Positions 17,832-27,390 of a stretch of 62,641 nucleotides of DNA are shown one piece after another; positions within the stretch are counted from its first letter, which is position 1; every line of letters starts with the position of its first letter. The position numbers and the translations under genes were made by a program. Below the pieces are notes generated by a model. It was not told the origin of the DNA. It did not search any database and saw nothing but the letters and a program-made list of their open reading frames with translations. Source of the DNA: Nitrososphaerota archaeon. Lineage in GTDB: Archaea; Iainarchaeota; Iainarchaeia; Iainarchaeales; GCA-2688035. Where the stretch lies: positions 1 through 62,641 of the forward strand of contig JAFCCH010000016.1 in assembly GCA_017610265.1 (NCBI GenBank), in the 5' to 3' direction.

Positions 17832-19709
17832 TTATTTTTTGGCCCTTTTGCCAATTTCTTCTTTTAGGATTTTACTTATTGCGCTTCCGTCGGCCTTTCC
17901 TTTCAATTCCTTCATTGCGTCTCCCATTAGGGCGTCGACTGCGTGCATTCCCTTGCTGTCAACAGTGTCCTTGTTTTTTTCAATTACTGCAATAATCGTT
18001 TTTCTCAAGGCAGAATCGTCAACTCTTTCAATGCTCATTCCTGCAAGAATGTCTTCTGCTTCAAGTTCTGGCTTCTTGCTCCACTCTTTCAAAAAGTCAA
18101 GCAAAATGTCTTTTGAAATCTTTTTATTTTTTTCAAGCATCAAAGCCTGTTCAACCATCTCGTTTGAAATGTTTGCAATGCCTTCTCTTCTAAGCTGGGT
18201 TAAGTTGTCAAGCAAAACAGAGGCTGCAGTGGTTGCATTTACTCCTTTTGCCAAAAGCCTTTCAAAGAAACAGGCATAATTGCTCAGCTTCATTCCATCT
18301 ACAAACTTTCCTGACAAGCCGTTTTTTGCGTAAAGCTTTTCCCGTCCCTTAACCGTTAAAGGCAAGTTCTTTCCAATGCTTGACAGTTCTTTGGCTTCAA
18401 GGCTTACCGGCGTTAGGTCTGTTTCAGGATACATTCTTGCAGCTCCGGGGAGAGGCCTGCTGTATTCTGTATTTGCGTCTTCCAAAGCATTCCTTGTTTC
18501 CTCAGGAACCCCCGAAATTGCCTGCTTGCATCTTTCAACAATTGCGTCAACAGCTTTCTTTGCCTTTTCTTTGTTGCCTTGCACTATTGCAAAGCCGTCG
18601 TTCATAACACAATTACACTTGTGCTTAACATTCTCAATTTCCCTTTCGCTCACGCCATAGGCTGGTAGCTCATCAGAATGAAGAATTCCCCTAAGCCCTG
18701 CTTTTGATTTTACATAACCTGCGAGCTCTGTTCCAAATCTTCTGTTTGGCTGCAGTTCCTTTCCCAAAAGCCCCTGCATTTTGTGCAGCCTTATTCCAAA
18801 GATTGGCTTTCCCTTCAAAAACTTGCACTCTGTTTCGGAAAAAATTTGTGTAAGCTCAACAAATTCCGCTTCATCAAAGTCTTTGGCTTCAATTTTTCTT
18901 TTCTTCATCTCATCCCTTATTTCTACAAGTGAAACCTGCCGTTGAACTTCCCTTCTTGCATACTCATCAATCATGGCGAGGTCCTGCACTCCCTTTATTT
19001 CAACCCTTGCCCCCTCCCTAATTGAAATATTTACATCCTGTCTTATTGTTCCAAGCCCTCTTTTGGCCTTGCAGGTTCTCCTAAAAAGTTCTCCAATCTT
19101 TGCCGCACATTCTTTGACTTCCTCAGGCGTTTTCAAATCAGGAGCGGTTGCAAGTTCTATTAGTGGAATGCCCAGCCTGTCAAGCCTGTAAATTACTTTT
19201 TCAGGCGTTCTCTCCATTGGCCTTGCGGCATCTTCTTCAAGTGCGATTGTCAAAATTCCAACTTTTTTTCCAGTAATTTCCAATTCTCCGCCTATTGAAA
19301 CAAGCATTGTCCTTTGAAATCCTGATGTATTGCTTCCGTCAATCACGAGCTTTCTCATAACAAAGAACTGGTCTAAGACATTGGCCTTTGCCATAATTGA
19401 AACCTTTAAAACTGTTTCAAGTGCATCCTTGTCGGCCTTTTGCGGGGGCTCATCGTCAAGTTCTATTTCACAATTCGTATCCTTAAATGTTTCGTAAACA
19501 TATTCCTGGCCTTTTTCAAAGGCCTCTAAAGCAGCCTTGTCAAATTCTCCTAGTTCTGAGGCAACAGGCCTTAGCTTTCTTTTAACTATTAAATCTGGTT
19601 TGTCTTCCCTTAAAACAGAGGGACATCGGCAGAACAGCTTTCCTGTATCAAGCTGCTGGTGGCATTCCAGGCCTGCCTTAAATCCAATTTTTTCCCAGTT
19701 TTCTTCCAT
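17832..19709 (-). CDS. gatE: Glu-tRNA(Gln) amidotransferase subunit E (archaeal)
   Basis: 625 aa. GLECHQQLDTGKLFCRC.., an AspRS-like insertion and a GatB/YqeY-like tail. Confidence 0.93.
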   Translation of the reverse strand: MEENWEKIGFKAGLECHQQLDTGKLFCRCPSVLREDKPDLIVKRKLRPVASELGEFDKAALEAFEKGQEYVYETFKDTNCEIELDDEPPQKADKDALETVLKVSIMAKANVLDQFFVMRKLVIDGSNTSGFQRTMLVSIGGELEITGKKVGILTIALEEDAARPMERTPEKVIYRLDRLGIPLIELATAPDLKTPEEVKECAAKIGELFRRTCKAKRGLGTIRQDVNISIREGARVEIKGVQDLAMIDEYARREVQRQVSLVEIRDEMKKRKIEAKDFDEAEFVELTQIFSETECKFLKGKPIFGIRLHKMQGLLGKELQPNRRFGTELAGYVKSKAGLRGILHSDELPAYGVSEREIENVKHKCNCVMNDGFAIVQGNKEKAKKAVDAIVERCKQAISGVPEETRNALEDANTEYSRPLPGAARMYPETDLTPVSLEAKELSSIGKNLPLTVKGREKLYAKNGLSGKFVDGMKLSNYACFFERLLAKGVNATTAASVLLDNLTQLRREGIANISNEMVEQALMLEKNKKISKDILLDFLKEWSKKPELEAEDILAGMSIERVDDSALRKTIIAVIEKNKDTVDSKGMHAVDALMGDAMKELKGKADGSAISKILKEEIGKRAKK

Positions 19710-19751
19710 TTAAACCAGACTATTCAAGCAGAAAAAAGCTTTTTAAGTGAA

Positions 19752-20288
19752 TTAACCAATAACAAGCTTTTCCCCTAGTTCAAGGCATTCCTGCATTAGT
19801 TTCTTGTCTTCTTTTGCCTCGTTTGGGCCGTCAACATGGGGCATTAACTTTTCAACAACCGTCATTTTGCAAATTCTTGGAAATTCTTCAAAGGCACGCA
19901 TTCCCCTTTTAATTGATTCCTTGCTGTAACCACCTGGCATTACAAGAACAACTTTTTTTCCTGCAATTGCCGGGTTTTTCCAATGTGCATTCATTCTGTC
20001 GATAAACCCTTTCATCATAGCAGAGACATTGTTGAAATAATTTGGGCTGGCAAGAATCAAAACATCTGCTTTTAACAGCTTGTCAAAGAGTTTGGGAAAA
20101 TTGTCTCCAATCTTGCAGGTATTTGTAGTCTCGCATCCCATGCATCCCTTACAGTTCTCAATCTTTTCGTCTAAAAGCCTGACAAGTTCAATTCTTGCGC
20201 CCTTGCCTGCGGCTCCGTCAAGAATCTTTTTCAGAATTTCGTCTGTATTGCCTCTTCTGTGGCTTCCGTTTATTGCAAGAATGTACAT
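19752..20288 (-). CDS. iron-sulfur flavoprotein / NADPH-dependent FMN reductase family
   Basis: ILAINGSHRRGNT plus the compact Cys cluster CKGCMGCETTNTC. Confidence 0.7.
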   Translation of the reverse strand: MYILAINGSHRRGNTDEILKKILDGAAGKGARIELVRLLDEKIENCKGCMGCETTNTCKIGDNFPKLFDKLLKADVLILASPNYFNNVSAMMKGFIDRMNAHWKNPAIAGKKVVLVMPGGYSKESIKRGMRAFEEFPRICKMTVVEKLMPHVDGPNEAKEDKKLMQECLELGEKLVIG

Positions 20289-20659
20289 ACAAATAGAATA
20301 TTGGGTAATCGCTTTAAATTCATTTTTTTGGTTTTTAATTTAAGTTTGTTGATTCTTTCGGCTAAAAGCTTTGCTGGAAGATTGCTTTTTATGGCCGCGA
20401 TTTTGATCATGTGAGGAGTAACGGCAAAAAGATTTCCTTTGGCCATTTTAATTATGATATGTTGACAGGTGCCGTTTACTCTTATTTTTATTTGGGTTGG
20501 GGAAACTTTTTTTATATTAAATTGATGGTGTTCTTTTAATCGCCCAATAGGCGTTGATCTCGTTTTTGTAGTTTTTTTTCCTTTATGTTTTGGGTTCTTT
20601 TTCTTTAGTGCAACAGGATTCTTTTTTTGTGCAGAGGCTCTTGCTTTCATCTGATTCAC
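20270..20659 (-). CDS. hypothetical basic protein
   Basis: 129 aa with a Lys-rich N-terminus. Translationally coupled to both neighbours (ATGA overlap upstream). Confidence 0.4.
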   Translation of the reverse strand: MNQMKARASAQKKNPVALKKKNPKHKGKKTTKTRSTPIGRLKEHHQFNIKKVSPTQIKIRVNGTCQHIIIKMAKGNLFAVTPHMIKIAAIKSNLPAKLLAERINKLKLKTKKMNLKRLPNILFVCTFLQ

Positions 20660-21195
20660 TTTTTCTTCCTTTCAACTTCGAATTCTTCACCAGGTGAAAC
20701 AAAGATTGGGCCTGAGTTATGCATTACTGTTTCACTGTTTTTAAGCGATGAATCCTTTTCTGCGTGCACAATTTCTCCAACCACAATAAAGTGGTCGACT
20801 TTGTCTGATTCAATTATGTCGTGTAATTTGCATTCAAGCGCAATTCTCGAATCTGTTGGAGTTGGCGCCTTCACTTTCTTACTTTCCCTGAAAGAAATGC
20901 CTGCCTTTTCAATCTTGTTTTCTATTTTGGCTTCGCAGCTAATTGCCTTGTCTGCCCACTCTTTTGTAACAACATTTACAACAAATTCCTTTGTTTCACG
21001 CATGTTTTTGATTGTAAGAGTTTCCCTTCTCTGAATTCCAATATAAACCATTGGCGGCGTGAAAGAAATAGGGGCAATCCATGAGTAAGGGGCTGCATTT
21101 GCCTTTCCTTCTTTATTCTGTGTTGTAACAAGAATTGTTATTCTTGGACTAAGCAAGCCAACCGACTTTGCCAAAGGGATTGTTTCCATTTTCAT
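20656..21195 (-). CDS. flavin reductase-like (FMN-binding split-barrel) protein
   Basis: ..ILVTTQNKEGKANAAPYSW.. is typical of the flavin reductase-like domain. Confidence 0.7.
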   Translation of the reverse strand: MKMETIPLAKSVGLLSPRITILVTTQNKEGKANAAPYSWIAPISFTPPMVYIGIQRRETLTIKNMRETKEFVVNVVTKEWADKAISCEAKIENKIEKAGISFRESKKVKAPTPTDSRIALECKLHDIIESDKVDHFIVVGEIVHAEKDSSLKNSETVMHNSGPIFVSPGEEFEVERKKK

Positions 21196-21265
21196 ACTTT
21201 AATTTATTTACCAGATTAGGCTTTTAATCACTTCTGTTTTCATTTAGCCTATTGGTAGGTTTACC

Positions 21266-22879
21266 TTGACGTTAGACTTTGTTCAGATTGGATTTGGCTT
21301 GTTTGGAGGCCTTGCACTATTTCTTTATGGCATGAATTTGCTTAGTACTGGCTTGCAAAAGGCTGCAGGTGACAGGCTTAGAAGCTGGATTGAAAAGCTC
21401 ACAAACAACAATATTAAGGGTGTTGGAGTTGGAGCAATCACTACAGCTGTTCTTCAAAGCAGCAGCATAACAACTGTAATGCTTGTTGGCTTAATTAATG
21501 CTGGACTTATTTCTTTGCCGCAGGCAATTCCTGTTATTATGGGGGCAAATATTGGGACAACCATTACAGCCCAATTGGTTGCATTCAATATTGGTTATCT
21601 TGCACTGCCAATTATTGCTATAGGTTTTGGTTTAAGTACTTTAGGAAAAAAGACAAGTCACAAGTACGTTGGCCAGGTTATTCTTGGATTTGGATTGCTT
21701 TTCCTTGGGATGAATACAATGAGTGCGGGAATGAAGCCTTTAAGGTTGGATCCAGTTGCAGTGGAGTATTTGGCAGAACTTGGAAAAGTGCCTCTTTTCG
21801 GAATCGGGGCAGGAGCAGTTTTTACTGCACTTATTCAAAGCAGCAGTGCCACCTCCGGAATTGTAATCGCAATGGCATCAGAGAAAATTATTGATTTGCC
21901 GGGCGCAATTGCCCTAATAATCGGCGCAAACATTGGAACATGCATCACAATTCTTTTTGCTTCCTTTGGCTCAACTTTGACAAGCAAGAGGGCTGCCCTA
22001 AGCCACATTATCTTCAATGTTTTTGGCGCGCTTCTTTTCTTTGTAATCTTTAACCCGTTTGTTTCACTTGTTTCAGGAACGGCTGTAGACCTTCCAAGGC
22101 AAATTGCAAACGCACACGTACTTTTTAATGTTTCAGCAACATTGATCATGCTTCCGCTTGTTGGAGTCATGCTTTTCGTTGTCAAAAAGCTTTTGCCAGG
22201 AAAGGAAATTTGTATTGACGGTGGCATAAAGTATTTGGATGAAAGGACTCTTGGTGCGCCGGCAATTGCCATTAGCCAGGCAGAAAAAGAGATTGAGCGA
22301 ATGGGAGAAATGGCATTGGATACTTTTGAGGACAGTATCAAGGCCTTTAAGCAAAAAGACCTTGCAATTGTAAAAGTTGTTGAGAAAAGGGAACAGGGAG
22401 TTGACAAGCTTGACGACGCAATTGAAACATTTCTTGTAAAAATAACAAGGCAGGAGCTCAACAAACAGCAGTCAAAGAGGGTTGCTGCACTTGTTCACAG
22501 TATTTCTGATATTGAAAGGGTTTCAGACCACGCAAACAATATTGGTGAGCTGGCTGAACGTGTAATTAAAGAAAAAATTGTTTTTTCAAGGCTGGCTTTG
22601 ACTGAGATAGACACAATGTTCAAAAAAAGCAAGGACTGTTACAGCAAATCTTTGCGTGTTTTGATTAAAGGAGACAAGGTTCTTGCCCAAAAGGTTTTGG
22701 CTCTTGAAAGGGAACTTGATTCATTGCAGGTTAAGTTTGAACAAAACAACTTTGAGAGAACACAATCAAAAAAATGTACTGCTAACTCAAGCATTGTATT
22801 TGCAGAGCTCATTCGTAATCTTGAAAGGATTTCTGATCATTCGCGTAATATTGCGATGACGACCACAATCGGCTTCTAA
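21266..22879 (+). CDS. Na/Pi cotransporter family protein with C-terminal PhoU-like repeats
   Basis: Duplicated QSSS(I/A)T.. transporter repeats. The C-terminus has ..ISDIERVSDHANNI.. and ..NLERISDHSRNI.. (PhoU-like). Confidence 0.85.
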   Translation: MTLDFVQIGFGLFGGLALFLYGMNLLSTGLQKAAGDRLRSWIEKLTNNNIKGVGVGAITTAVLQSSSITTVMLVGLINAGLISLPQAIPVIMGANIGTTITAQLVAFNIGYLALPIIAIGFGLSTLGKKTSHKYVGQVILGFGLLFLGMNTMSAGMKPLRLDPVAVEYLAELGKVPLFGIGAGAVFTALIQSSSATSGIVIAMASEKIIDLPGAIALIIGANIGTCITILFASFGSTLTSKRAALSHIIFNVFGALLFFVIFNPFVSLVSGTAVDLPRQIANAHVLFNVSATLIMLPLVGVMLFVVKKLLPGKEICIDGGIKYLDERTLGAPAIAISQAEKEIERMGEMALDTFEDSIKAFKQKDLAIVKVVEKREQGVDKLDDAIETFLVKITRQELNKQQSKRVAALVHSISDIERVSDHANNIGELAERVIKEKIVFSRLALTEIDTMFKKSKDCYSKSLRVLIKGDKVLAQKVLALERELDSLQVKFEQNNFERTQSKKCTANSSIVFAELIRNLERISDHSRNIAMTTTIGF

Positions 22880-22885
22880 AAAGAG

Positions 22886-24214
22886 TTATTTTGAAGTTGG
22901 CTTGCTTATTTCTGTTCTCTTGGTTATTTCGCCCCTGAGGTTCTTTCCCACAAGCTCTTTTGCTTCTGCTGCCTTAAAGTTGCCCAAAAGCCAGGCAAGC
23001 TTTACCAAAGCTGTTTCTGCAAGCATGTCTTCTCCGAAAACAATTCCAATGTTTGAAAGCCTTCTGCAATTGGTGTAAATTGTCGGATGTACTCTTCCAA
23101 AAATGCATTGTGAAGTTAGGACTACTACCCCGCCCTTTTTTATGAATTTTTGCAAAGCTGCATAATTTTTCTCGTGTTCTTTTGTGTTGGTTGGAGCCTG
23201 CCCTATTCCTGTTGCCTCAAGCACAAGGCCCTTGTAATTGTTTTTTTCAAAGAACTCAAAGATTTCCGGCTGCATGTTTACATGTGTTTTAAGCAGACCA
23301 ACCTTTTCCTCAAACTTGTCTTTCAAAACAAGCTTTTTGCTCTTGCTTTTTTTCTCATAATTCTTTTTCTTGAAGTCAATGCTTCCTGTTTTGTAATCAA
23401 CAAATGCAATTGGCGTATCATTAACTGCCTTAAAGGCATCTCTTCTGCTTGTGTGCATTTTTCTTGTCTTGGTTGCAGGCAAAATCGCGCACTTTTTGTC
23501 ATCAGCATCTGCGTGCAGGCAAATGGCAACTCCTGCAAAATCGCTTTTTGCAATAAAGTTTGAAGCGCATGCAAGGTTCATTGCTGCGTCACTGCTTCCT
23601 CGATCACTGCTTCTTTGGGCTCCGACAACAATAACTGGGACAGGCAAATTTTCAAACATAAATGCAAGTGCTGCAGCTGTAACTGCAAGAGTGTCTGTTC
23701 CATGCCCGATAATTACTCCGTCAACGCCTTTTTTTATTTCTTCTTCAACTGCTTTGGCAATTAATTTGTAATCTTTGAACCTTATGTCTTCGCTCATCAG
23801 GTTTGTAACCAAGCGTGAATTAAAGTTGGCTATTTTTGTCAGTTCGGGGACCATTGTAAAGAGATCCTCTGCACTAAATGCTGCATAGACTCCTCCTGTT
23901 TTGTAGTCGACCCTGCTTGCAATTGTTCCACCTGTGTGCAGAACGCTGATCGTTGGCAGTCCTGCTTGTTTTTTTCTTTTAATAAGCTTTGCCTTTCCAA
24001 CCTGCTTTCCTGAACCTGTTTTTTTGGCTGAGGCAATTTTTTCAATCAGAACACCAACATTGTAGCCGTTGTCAAGCTTTAAGGAAAGGATATTTTCCTT
24101 TGTTGAAGGGATTATTGTGCCCTTCATTGAGCTTCCCTTTTTCTCGGATATTTCTGCAATGTCGCCTTCTTTCAAGCCGTGTTTTTTTAGAAATTGCTGT
24201 AAGTTTGAAGTCAT
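22886..24214 (-). CDS. gatD: Glu-tRNA(Gln) amidotransferase subunit D (asparaginase-like)
   Basis: LHTGGTIAS and GHGTDTLA asparaginase motifs, with the N-terminal GatD-specific domain. Confidence 0.93.
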   Translation of the reverse strand: MTSNLQQFLKKHGLKEGDIAEISEKKGSSMKGTIIPSTKENILSLKLDNGYNVGVLIEKIASAKKTGSGKQVGKAKLIKRKKQAGLPTISVLHTGGTIASRVDYKTGGVYAAFSAEDLFTMVPELTKIANFNSRLVTNLMSEDIRFKDYKLIAKAVEEEIKKGVDGVIIGHGTDTLAVTAAALAFMFENLPVPVIVVGAQRSSDRGSSDAAMNLACASNFIAKSDFAGVAICLHADADDKKCAILPATKTRKMHTSRRDAFKAVNDTPIAFVDYKTGSIDFKKKNYEKKSKSKKLVLKDKFEEKVGLLKTHVNMQPEIFEFFEKNNYKGLVLEATGIGQAPTNTKEHEKNYAALQKFIKKGGVVVLTSQCIFGRVHPTIYTNCRRLSNIGIVFGEDMLAETALVKLAWLLGNFKAAEAKELVGKNLRGEITKRTEISKPTSK

Positions 24215-24267
24215 GTTTAATCCAGTAGATTAATATAAAAGAACTGAATTTATATTAATTGGTTAGA

Positions 24268-25137
24268 ATGTTCAAGCAAGGAAAGCCTCTTTTGAGGGCT
24301 GCTACTGCCAATCTTGAGCTAAGCAAGGCATTGTTTGCGGCTGCCGAGAAAACGAATTCCCCGCTTTTTATTCAGATAACTGAGTCAACAATTGACTATG
24401 CTGGCATTGAAAATATTTATGGCATTGTTCAAGAGCTTGAAAAGCGTTCAAGCATTCCTGTCTGCGTGCATTTGGACCATGGAAGACATCCTTCTGTCAT
24501 AAAAAAGGTTATTTCAATTGGCTTCAAGAGCGTTATGATTGACGCAAGCCACCTTCCTTTGGAGAAAAACATTGCTTCTGTAAAAAAAGTTGTTTCAATT
24601 GCCAGAAAAAAAGGCTGTTCTGTTGAGGCAGAGATTGGTGCTTTGAAAAGGATTGGCTCAGAGGGTCAGGCTTTGACAGATCCTGAGGAAGCAAGACATT
24701 TTGTTAAGGAAACAGGATGTGATTATCTAGCGGTTGCAATTGGAACCTCTCATGGCGCACACAAGTTTACAGGAAGGGCAAACCTTGATTTTGAAAGATT
24801 GAAGGAAATAAGGGATCTTGTTTCTGTTCCACTTGTTTTGCATGGCGCATCATCTGTTCCAAAAGAGTGGGTACAGAAATGCAACAAGTTTGGCGCAAAA
24901 ATTGCAAAGGCCAAAGGAGTTCCTGAGGAAAGCCTCAAAAAGGCAATAAAATTGGGAGTTGCAAAAATAAATATTGATACTGATTTAAGGCTTGCATTCA
25001 CAGCCGGGTTGAGGGAAACCCACAGAAAGAGGCCTGAAAACTTTGATCCAAGAAAGGCAATGCTTCTCTCACAGCAGTATGTTCAAGAGGTTGCAGAGCG
25101 AAAAATAAAGCTGTTTGGCTCCAAAGGAAAAGCTTAA
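24268..25137 (+). CDS. fba: class II fructose/ketose-bisphosphate aldolase
   Basis: VHLDHG, GTSHGA, LVLHGASSVP and KINIDTDLR blocks. Confidence 0.85.
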   Translation: MFKQGKPLLRAATANLELSKALFAAAEKTNSPLFIQITESTIDYAGIENIYGIVQELEKRSSIPVCVHLDHGRHPSVIKKVISIGFKSVMIDASHLPLEKNIASVKKVVSIARKKGCSVEAEIGALKRIGSEGQALTDPEEARHFVKETGCDYLAVAIGTSHGAHKFTGRANLDFERLKEIRDLVSVPLVLHGASSVPKEWVQKCNKFGAKIAKAKGVPEESLKKAIKLGVAKINIDTDLRLAFTAGLRETHRKRPENFDPRKAMLLSQQYVQEVAERKIKLFGSKGKA

Positions 25138-27132
25138 TCAGGGTTTTGTGCAGTATGCTGGATCAATACTGTCTGGATCAGTAATTAAATCAGGATATAA
25201 AAGGTCAGTGTAATCCAAAGGCTCCCAGGTGTCGCATGTTGGAATGATTCCAAGGCCTGCTGCCTGGCATTCCTCTGTTGTAAATTCAAGTTTGTTCATT
25301 AAATCTGTTGGAACAGGCGCCAGAATGTTTCCTTCATTGCCGTAACTGTTTGAGGCGAGAGAAACAGTGTCAATTGAATTCCATACCCTGCTTTGATCTC
25401 CTTGTATTAGTGCGGAAATCACGCTTTGGTCTTGAATTATTTCTCCCACGTCATATTTGTGGAAGCTTGGCAAATTTTTGAACCTGTTAAGGCATGCATT
25501 TGACGTGCTTCCAATCCAGACTCCGCACATTGGCATTTCTATAACCCTGTCTTTCCAAGCACTTCCAAGATTTTGCGCCTGTCTTGTTTTCTCAACGTAA
25601 ATTTGCCCAAGCGGGATTCTTACTTTCAATTTGTCGGCGGTAAGATTCTGCATTCTTGCGTTTATACCAAGCCCGTCTGCAACAAAGTCTGCTCTCATCT
25701 TCCCTTGGCTGATTGCTTCTCTTAGGGTAATTGAAGTTCCGCTATCGCTTACAAATCCTCCGATTAACTCAAAGGGAAGGCCGCAGCATGGCCCGATGTT
25801 TGTAGGATTTTCAAACATGTTTGCCTCGCTTTCTGAGGGAACAGGAATAATAACTTCCACTTCAACAGAATTGTTTGCGTAATCGTCTTCCTTTTCTGTC
25901 TTGTCTTCGTTTGCCGCTAATCTTACACTATATGTCCCTGGGCTTAGGTCAACAATGATTGATTTTATTACCTCTGAATCCTCATCTATTTCGTTTGGCA
26001 GAACATCAACACTGCCAATGTTTTGCTGGTCGAGATATGCATTTACTTTGAAAGAATTTTGAATAGGATTCCCTGCAATATTTTTCACCTTAAAGCCTAT
26101 TTCGCCTGCAACAGCACTTGGCTCTTTGAGGGTTATGTCACTTGGGCACATGTTTGCCAAAAGAGCCATATCTACAATATTTGAGCCCAAAATGCTCGGA
26201 GTGGCATTTTTTAGATTTATGTCTGGATGAAGGCCTAGGTCAAGATTGTCTGCTTTTAGTAAGAGTTCTGAACAAACAGTGCCGCTCATGCAATCCTGAC
26301 AATGGCATCTTGTTGTGCATACCTGATTTGAAAAGCTTGGTTTGTCACAATAGGCCGGAAGGCAAACATCTCCTGCCCCGATTGCGCTAAACTGAACAAC
26401 TTTTTCTGCAAAGCCTGCTTCAAGGCCTGACACTCTTATTTTTGCCTTGAATTCACCGTTTTGATTAAGGTTTACTGTAACTGTTGCTTCAGTGGACTTT
26501 CCTGGTTCAAGGGAACCAAGGGTAAGGCTTTCCTTGCTGTTTTCAACAACTTTTTCAATCCATCGTCCGTCTTCAAGATATCTTTGAAATATTTTAATCT
26601 CTATTTCGGTTTGCTCTGCTTTTTGGCTGCCTGTGTTTGAAAAAGATATTTCGAATTTTGGCAGGCTCTGGTTTAGATTAAATTCTTCATCTGATTTAAC
26701 TGAATTAATTTCAACTTGAGCCGGGTCGATTCCTGCGTAAATTGTGCAGGTAGATAAATCAAATTCTCGGTCGCATCTTGTTGTGGTCAAAACAGTGGTT
26801 TGCTTGTTGAACTGCAATATCCTGTTATCCCACTCGATTGCCAGGTCACAGTCTTTTTCCCGAGGACAGCATAATGACGCGGAATTGCATTGGAATACAA
26901 CATTTCTAAATTTTGAATCAAATGTTTCGCCGGCAAAGCCTTCTCCTTCCTGCACAAACAGCTCCACAGGAAAACTTTTGCCAAGGCCTGTTTCGCTTGC
27001 CTTAAGGCTTTTGTTTATTGCATCAATATTGTCTTCAACCGGAAACAAAATCGGGGCCAGTAAAATGTAAATAAGGCCAATAATTGCAATTGTGACAATT
27101 GTGTAAACAAGTAGTCTGAAAGGTGATTCCAT
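25138..27132 (-). CDS. large Cys-rich exported/membrane-anchored protein with CARDB-like repeats
   Basis: N-terminal TM (LLVYTIVTIAIIGLIYILLA), many Cys, and repeat-like ..FSNTGSQKAE.. / ..ANNSVEVEV.. segments. Confidence 0.6.
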   Translation of the reverse strand: MESPFRLLVYTIVTIAIIGLIYILLAPILFPVEDNIDAINKSLKASETGLGKSFPVELFVQEGEGFAGETFDSKFRNVVFQCNSASLCCPREKDCDLAIEWDNRILQFNKQTTVLTTTRCDREFDLSTCTIYAGIDPAQVEINSVKSDEEFNLNQSLPKFEISFSNTGSQKAEQTEIEIKIFQRYLEDGRWIEKVVENSKESLTLGSLEPGKSTEATVTVNLNQNGEFKAKIRVSGLEAGFAEKVVQFSAIGAGDVCLPAYCDKPSFSNQVCTTRCHCQDCMSGTVCSELLLKADNLDLGLHPDINLKNATPSILGSNIVDMALLANMCPSDITLKEPSAVAGEIGFKVKNIAGNPIQNSFKVNAYLDQQNIGSVDVLPNEIDEDSEVIKSIIVDLSPGTYSVRLAANEDKTEKEDDYANNSVEVEVIIPVPSESEANMFENPTNIGPCCGLPFELIGGFVSDSGTSITLREAISQGKMRADFVADGLGINARMQNLTADKLKVRIPLGQIYVEKTRQAQNLGSAWKDRVIEMPMCGVWIGSTSNACLNRFKNLPSFHKYDVGEIIQDQSVISALIQGDQSRVWNSIDTVSLASNSYGNEGNILAPVPTDLMNKLEFTTEECQAAGLGIIPTCDTWEPLDYTDLLYPDLITDPDSIDPAYCTKP

Positions 27133-27135
27133 TTT

Positions 27136-27390
27136 TTATTTCCCCCTCATCTCCATCCTCACAAACCATTGATAAAGTTTTGTTAAAACCATTCCCAATC
27201 CCATTAATATAATCCCTACAAAAACAGCTTCTTCCCATCTTCCTCTTTTCATCAAATAATCTATCCATTCATTGTTCCAAATTCTAAAAGCCACCATTAT
27301 ATAGATAATGATTGCAATGCTTATCAGAATCATGGCAATTTTGTAAAAATTGCTTGTGATATGCCTCCAAAACCTTTTCATGTCATTCAC
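27136..27390 (-). CDS. small membrane protein
   Basis: 84 aa, two hydrophobic helices. Overlaps the lig stop by 8 nt. Confidence 0.45.
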   Translation of the reverse strand: MNDMKRFWRHITSNFYKIAMILISIAIIIYIMVAFRIWNNEWIDYLMKRGRWEEAVFVGIILMGLGMVLTKLYQWFVRMEMRGK

